Of a stretch of 64,000 nt of DNA, positions 59,207 to 64,000 are shown piece after piece. The notes under the pieces are model-generated. The model saw only the letters and a list, made by a program, of their open reading frames with translations, had not been told where the DNA came from and did no database searches. Location: assembly GCA_963730185.1 (NCBI GenBank), contig CAVSQW010000005.1:1-64000 (forward strand), given 5' to 3'. The stretch comes from an uncultured Gemmatimonadales bacterium. GTDB lineage: Bacteria > Gemmatimonadota > Gemmatimonadetes > Gemmatimonadales > GWC2-71-9. A program made the translations under genes and the position numbers. Position 1 is the first letter of the stretch, and each line of letters opens with the position of its first letter.

Positions 59207-60534
59207 GCCGGTTCGACGTCACCCGGGGTCGGAGGGTTTGAACGGGGACCGGAGGCGGGGGCGGTGACGGGTGCCGGCCGTTCCCGGAAGAAGATCAGGA
59301 ACGCGATCCCGGCCGCGAGGCCGATGTAGGCCACGACCCGCCAGAGCGCCGCGAAATCGAGCCCCCCACCGGGAAGGGCGTACACCTCGGCCAGCCAACC
59401 CGAGAGGATCCCGCCCAGAACCGGGCCCCCACCCAGGATGAGAATGCCGAAAACGGTCTGGACCGAGTGGCGAGCGTCGGGTGGCGCCACCCGGTCGGCG
59501 TAGATGAAGCCGGCCGCGAAGAAGCAGGCGTAGCAGACCCCGTGGAGCGCCTGACTCGCCACCTGAATCTCGACCGGGAGCGTGGGGATCCCCCAAATCA
59601 TGTAGCGAACGAAGTAGGCCAGGGCGCCGACCGCGATCACGATCCGGAATCCGACTTTGGCGAGGAGCAGGCCGAGCCCAGCCATGACCAGGATCTCGCT
59701 GAACTGGCCGATGGTCATGGCCGGGCCGATCTGGCTGTCGAGAAGACCGAGGTGCGAGAGGAAGGGCGGCGTCTGGATGAAGTACACCTGGTGGATCACG
59801 CTGATCGGGAGACTGACGGCGACCAGCACTGCGAACGAGGGCTCGCGGAGGAGCCGGAAGGCCTTCGCGAAGGCCAGCGGCTCCACCCCATCCCGCTTGG
59901 GTGGCGTGTGGGGCAGCAGGAAAAGGCAGTAGGCCGCGTACCCCCACGAGATGATGGCCGCGAAGCGAAGCGAATCGGCCAGCCGGGCCGTGACGTGGGC
60001 CTTCTCGGGACCAACCAGAAAGGGAGGCATCCAAGTGAGGTGCAGGTTGCTCTGGAGGTAGAGCATCGGGAAGACCCAGCTGGCCACGATCCAGCCGATG
60101 GTGCCCCAGACCCGAACCTTCGGGAACTCCCGGTCGCGGTCGGTCAAGTTCGCGAACGCCATCGAGTTCGACAGCGCCAGCGTGGGCATGTAGACCACAC
60201 CGTAGGCGATCGACAGCCAGAGCCAGGCCCCATAGCTGGTTTGGGAGGCGGTGATCCACTTCACGAAGCCACCCACGATCAAGAGGAGTGCGAGGAAGCG
60301 CTCGGTGCTGAAATACCGGTCGGCCAGCTGGCCCGCGATGAAGGGCGAGGCGATGGCACCGATCGAGCCGGCCAGGCCGAGGATCAGGCCGATCTGGCCG
60401 CCGGTGAAGCCCAGACCGCCCTCGGAGGGCTGTGCGGAGAGGTAGCGGGCGGCGAGCGGAAGCCAAGCGCCCCAGACCGCGTACTGCAGAAGCATCATGG
60501 CGGAGAGGCGCGTGGCAGGCGATTTGGTAGTCAT
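59203..60534 (-). CDS. MFS transporter, nucleoside:H+ symporter (NupG/YegT) family
   Basis: 'LQYAVWGAW', 'GQLADRYF', 'YMPTLALSN', 'RVWGTIGW' and 'GQFSE'. Confidence 0.92.
   Translation of the reverse strand: MTTKSPATRLSAMMLLQYAVWGAWLPLAARYLSAQPSEGGLGFTGGQIGLILGLAGSIGAIASPFIAGQLADRYFSTERFLALLLIVGGFVKWITASQTSYGAWLWLSIAYGVVYMPTLALSNSMAFANLTDRDREFPKVRVWGTIGWIVASWVFPMLYLQSNLHLTWMPPFLVGPEKAHVTARLADSLRFAAIISWGYAAYCLFLLPHTPPKRDGVEPLAFAKAFRLLREPSFAVLVAVSLPISVIHQVYFIQTPPFLSHLGLLDSQIGPAMTIGQFSEILVMAGLGLLLAKVGFRIVIAVGALAYFVRYMIWGIPTLPVEIQVASQALHGVCYACFFAAGFIYADRVAPPDARHSVQTVFGILILGGGPVLGGILSGWLAEVYALPGGGLDFAALWRVVAYIGLAAGIAFLIFFRERPAPVTAPASGPRSNPPTPGDVEPA
59212..59241 (-). promoter_or_regulatory. ECF autoregulatory promoter TCAAAC-N17-CGTCGAA, probably leaderless
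   Basis: The -10 element ends 5 nt before GTG 59206. Confidence 0.6.
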
Positions 60535-60915
60535 AAGTAAAGGAGTAGTTATTTATATACTGTATCTACTTTAGAGACAGACACATAGGATCGCTACTTC
60601 GCGCTCACGATCGCCCGCACCGGCGCCGATTCGCCCGGGTCCCGACTTCAGACGAGCAAGCTGGCAACGGCCGAGCCCAGCGCAGGTCGCGGGAAAGTCA
60701 GTGGCGCCGACCGACGGGAGGGTCGCGGCGCGGGTCGCGTCGTGAAATAATGCTGGCTGAATCGGTCGCAGTGCGTCCACCCTTCTTCGAGGGTCGACCA
60801 GACGAGGCGTCTACAATCCGCCCCGACGGACCCCAGCGCAAGGGCCCCGACCGCTGTCGGCCGGCCCGATGGCTCGGTACAATTATCGATCCCGAAATCC
60901 AAGGACCATTCCTTC

Positions 60916-62237
60916 ATGGCCCCTTTGTCCGACCGGCGGGAGTTCCTGCGCCGGACCGCCGCCTTCACTCTGGCGAGCGGGCTCTTGCCGATCGGCGAGA
61001 CCAACGCCGCCATCGCCGCCCGGCGTCGGGCGCCGCTTCCCGTCGTCGGCGCGGTCAGCCGGCCGTGGGCCGACGAGCCCGTGAACCTCGGCGTGATCGG
61101 CACCGGCGGCATGGGAACGGGCCACGTCGACGCGTTCCTCGCCCTCGCCAAGGATGGCCGAGCCAACGTGCGGGTGGCGGCGCTGGCCGACGTTTGCCGC
61201 CCCCGGCTCGACGCCGCCCAGGCCAAGATTGAGGCGGCGCAGGGCACCGGCACCGTGGCGGTCCACTTCGCCGACTACCCCGGCCTCCTGGCGCGGAAGG
61301 ACATCCACGGCGTGGTGATCGCCGTGCCGGAGCACTGGCACGCGCGAATCGCGGAGGATGCAATCGCCGCGGGTAAGGCCGTGTATCTCGAAAAGCCGAT
61401 GACGCTCCGGTTGGAGGATGCCTTCCGCCTGCTCGAGCTGGTGAAGGCGAATCCCGCCGCGCTGGTGAACGTCGGCACGCAGTTCGTGATGTCGCCGAGC
61501 TACCGAAACGCCAAGGACTTGATCGCCAAGGGGGCGATCGGGAAGCCGGTCTGGAGCCAGACCAGCTACTGCCGGAATTCCCTCGAAGGCGAGTGGCTCT
61601 ACTACGAGATCGACCCGGCCTGGAAGCCGGGCGAAAACCTCGACTGGAAGCAGTGGTGCGGCCCCCTGGGCGACGCCCCCTGGGACCCGGAGGTCTATGC
61701 CCGGTGGCGGCGCTACCGGAAGTACTCGACCGGGATCATCGGCGATCTTCTGGTGCACCGGATGGCGCCCCTGGTGATGGCGCTGGACGTCGGGTGGCCG
61801 GTCCGGGTGGTGGCGTCGGGTGGTCACTACGTCGACCAGAAGATGGAGAACCACGACCAGGTCAACCTCAACGTCGAGTTCGAGGGCGGCCACACCATGG
61901 TCGTGGCCGGCTCGACGGCGAACGAGCTCGGGCTCGAGACCGTGATCCGGGGTCACAAGGCCAACCTGTACGTCAACGGTCGCCAGGCCCTGATCCGACC
62001 CGAGCGCCTCTACGCCGACGAGATCGACGAGCAGCTGATTGACGGTGAGGACCTGGGTGACGAGCAGGACCAGATGCGGATCCATTGGTCGGGGCGATCC
62101 GGAGCAAGGCGCCGGCGGCGAGCGGAGTGGAGCTCGGAGCGAAGGTGATGGTGATCGTGGACCTTGCCACCCGCTCGCTCTGGGAGGGCTCGGCGTTCGG
62201 GTTCGATCCGGCCGCGATGAAGGTCCGGAAGCTCTGA
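60916..62237 (+). CDS. Tat-exported Gfo/Idh/MocA oxidoreductase, one base missing near 62088
   Basis: SDRREFL Tat motif; GVIGTGGMG; 'PEHWH..YLEKP'; C-terminus continues GAIRSKAPAASGVELG...KVRKL*. Confidence 0.88.
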
Positions 62238-62238
62238 C

Positions 62239-63075
62239 GTGGCCGCCGGCTCGGCGGGGTCGGAGATTCGCCTGGCGACGGCGGCGATGGGCACCCGCTT
62301 CGAGCTGGTGGCCTTCGGGCCCGACCCGGTGCGGCTCCGGTCGGCCGGGGAGGCGGCGCTCGAGACGATCGAGGAGACCCATCACCGGTTTACCCGGTTC
62401 GAGCCGGGGAGCCTCCTGAGTCACATCCACCGCACTGCCTGGCGGACGGCGGTGACCCTGGACCGCGACGCGTTTCGGCTGTTCGAGGACGCACTCGACG
62501 TCTGGCGGGCATCGGACGGGGCCTTCGACCCAGCCTGGCAGACGCCGGCGCCCGGGTGCAGGGTGATCGAGCTGGACCCGGCGCGATCGACCATTCGACT
62601 CCAGACGCCGGTCCGGCTGGATCTGAGCGCAATCGCGAAGGGCCACGGGCTCGACCTCGCCCGCCGGGTGCTCACGGATCAGGGGATCGACTCGGCGTTC
62701 GTTCACGGCGGGACCAGCAGCGCGATCGCGATCGGCCGGCCCCCCGACGGCGATCGATGGCGGGTGCGGCTCGGTGACGAGCCCGACGCGCCGGTCGTGG
62801 GCCTGGCCGACGAGGGGCTCTCGGTCTCGGCTTCCCGGCGGACGGTGACGGCGGCGACGGATCCGGCACGCCACCTGGTCGATCCGGAGACCGGGCAGGC
62901 GGTCGCCGGCTCGGTGCGGGCAGCGGTCGTCGGGCCGTCGGCGCGGTTGGCGGACGCCTGGTCGACGGCCTTGGTGGTGAAGGGCGATCGGGCACCGGGG
63001 GTGCCCTGGCGGGCGTGGATCCAGACCGCCGGAGGGCCTTGGCAAGACGTCCGGGAAGCGAGAGCGCATGAGTGA
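62239..63075 (+). CDS. apbE: FAD:protein FMN transferase (compact ApbE)
   Basis: 'AMGT', 'SDGAFDP', 'LDLSAIAKG', 'HLVDPETG' and 'ADAWSTA'. Confidence 0.88.
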   Translation: MAAGSAGSEIRLATAAMGTRFELVAFGPDPVRLRSAGEAALETIEETHHRFTRFEPGSLLSHIHRTAWRTAVTLDRDAFRLFEDALDVWRASDGAFDPAWQTPAPGCRVIELDPARSTIRLQTPVRLDLSAIAKGHGLDLARRVLTDQGIDSAFVHGGTSSAIAIGRPPDGDRWRVRLGDEPDAPVVGLADEGLSVSASRRTVTAATDPARHLVDPETGQAVAGSVRAAVVGPSARLADAWSTALVVKGDRAPGVPWRAWIQTAGGPWQDVREARAHE

Positions 63076-64000
63076 GCTGGACCGCCGGAGCTTCGTCGCC
63101 CGCACGGTAGGCTCGCTGACCGGGCTGGCGCTGATTCCCGAGCTGGAGCGCATGGGACCCCGCCGCCTGCCGGGGGAGCGGCTGGTCGGATTGATCGGGG
63201 TCGGTCGACAGGGCCGGGCGATCATCGCCGAGCTCCAGAAGATCGAGGGCGTGAAGATCGCGGCCCTGGCCGACACCAATCCGGCGCGGCTTCGGATCGG
63301 CCTCGAGCGAGCCCCGGGTGCCGAAGGCTTCGGTGACCACCGCGCCATGCTGGAGAAGCGGCGCGATCTCGAAGCGGTGATCGTGGCTACCCCCACCCAC
63401 CGGCACCGGGCTCCCACGGTGGATGCGCTCGCCGCGGGGAAGCACGTCTTCTGCGAAGCCCCGATGGCGCACACAGTCGAGGACGCCGTGGCCATCGCGG
63501 CCGCCGCCGCGGCCAGGCCCGATCGAAAGTTCGCGGTGGGGTTCCAGGCCCGCTCGAATCCGGTCTACCAGCTGGCCCGGACCTTCTTCAAGACGGCTTC
63601 GTTTCGAGACTTCGTCTCGGGGCGGGCGCAGTACCACCGGAAGACGTCGCTCCGCTATCCGGCCTCGGGGGGCGCTTCGGCCAGGGAGGTCAACTGGCGG
63701 CTCGACCCGGAGGTGTCGTTGGGCCTGGAGGGAGAACTGGGGAGCCACCAGCTCGACGTGTTCCACTGGTTCCGGGGGTCGACGCCCTCCTCCGTGATGG
63801 GGATGGGGTCGATTCAGCTGCATCGCGACGGCCGGGAGCTGCCGGACACGGTACAGACGATCTTCCGGTGGGAGGACGGTACCGTGGTCCAGCACGAGGC
63901 GACCCTCGCGAACAGCTACGGCCGGCAGCAGGAGACGATGCACGGCACCAACGCCGCCTTCAACCTGGCGTGGACTCACGGCTGGATGTTCAAGGAGATC
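63068..64000 (+). CDS. Tat-exported Gfo/Idh/MocA oxidoreductase (runs off window end)
   Basis: Hand translation MSELDRRSFV...GLIGVGRQG...ATPTHRH...HVFCEAP. Confidence 0.88.
   Translation, partial: MSELDRRSFVARTVGSLTGLALIPELERMGPRRLPGERLVGLIGVGRQGRAIIAELQKIEGVKIAALADTNPARLRIGLERAPGAEGFGDHRAMLEKRRDLEAVIVATPTHRHRAPTVDALAAGKHVFCEAPMAHTVEDAVAIAAAAAARPDRKFAVGFQARSNPVYQLARTFFKTASFRDFVSGRAQYHRKTSLRYPASGGASAREVNWRLDPEVSLGLEGELGSHQLDVFHWFRGSTPSSVMGMGSIQLHRDGRELPDTVQTIFRWEDGTVVQHEATLANSYGRQQETMHGTNAAFNLAWTHGWMFKEI

Noticed and set aside
60560..60575. LexA SOS box (CTGTATCTACTTTAG)
   Set aside because: It does not fit CTGT-N8-ACAG, and the flanking genes are not SOS genes.

Overview
This window is almost certainly two unrelated molecules joined end to end. 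(1) 1-22710 is a lower-GC podovirus segment with a BPP-1/epsilon15/T7-like virion layout, probably from an alphaproteobacterial phage. It carries a capsid decoration protein, tail tube A/B, a GNAT-like gp13 and ejection proteins, one with a GH24 lysozyme insert and one with an ART-PolyVal ADP-ribosyltransferase-like insert. These are followed by small membrane genes, a holin/endolysin/spanin cassette, a 1003-aa tailspike-like protein and a convergent early arm (PUA-like, HNH, NinB-like, ERF). This arm has many single-base indels. (2) 22711-22755 holds back-to-back Oxford Nanopore adapter remnants, which mark a chimeric join rather than an att site. (3) 22756-64000 is high-GC bacterial chromosome, most like Gemmatimonadota. 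It encodes an FAD oxidase, CocE/NonD hydrolase, ABC exporters around a YqjI-like PadR, DUF4097/DUF5916/DUF6265 envelope proteins, a Ddl-like ATP-grasp plus four-Zn-ribbon zincin pair, an amidase, a tandem susC-susD duplication, sahR-ahcY-lepB, an Asn-type EF-P, a Sel1 kinase, an ECF/anti-sigma operon and a Tat Gfo/Idh/MocA-ApbE cluster. The strongest candidates for undescribed biology are the injected ART-PolyVal domain, a conserved non-canonical sigma54-like enhancer/IHF/promoter module in front of both susC copies, the ATP-grasp/Zn-ribbon peptidase pair, a four-site ECF regulon, a possible variant SAH-riboswitch leader and a repeat-hairpin element after the tailspike. All family assignments come from motif recognition by eye; no database search was run.
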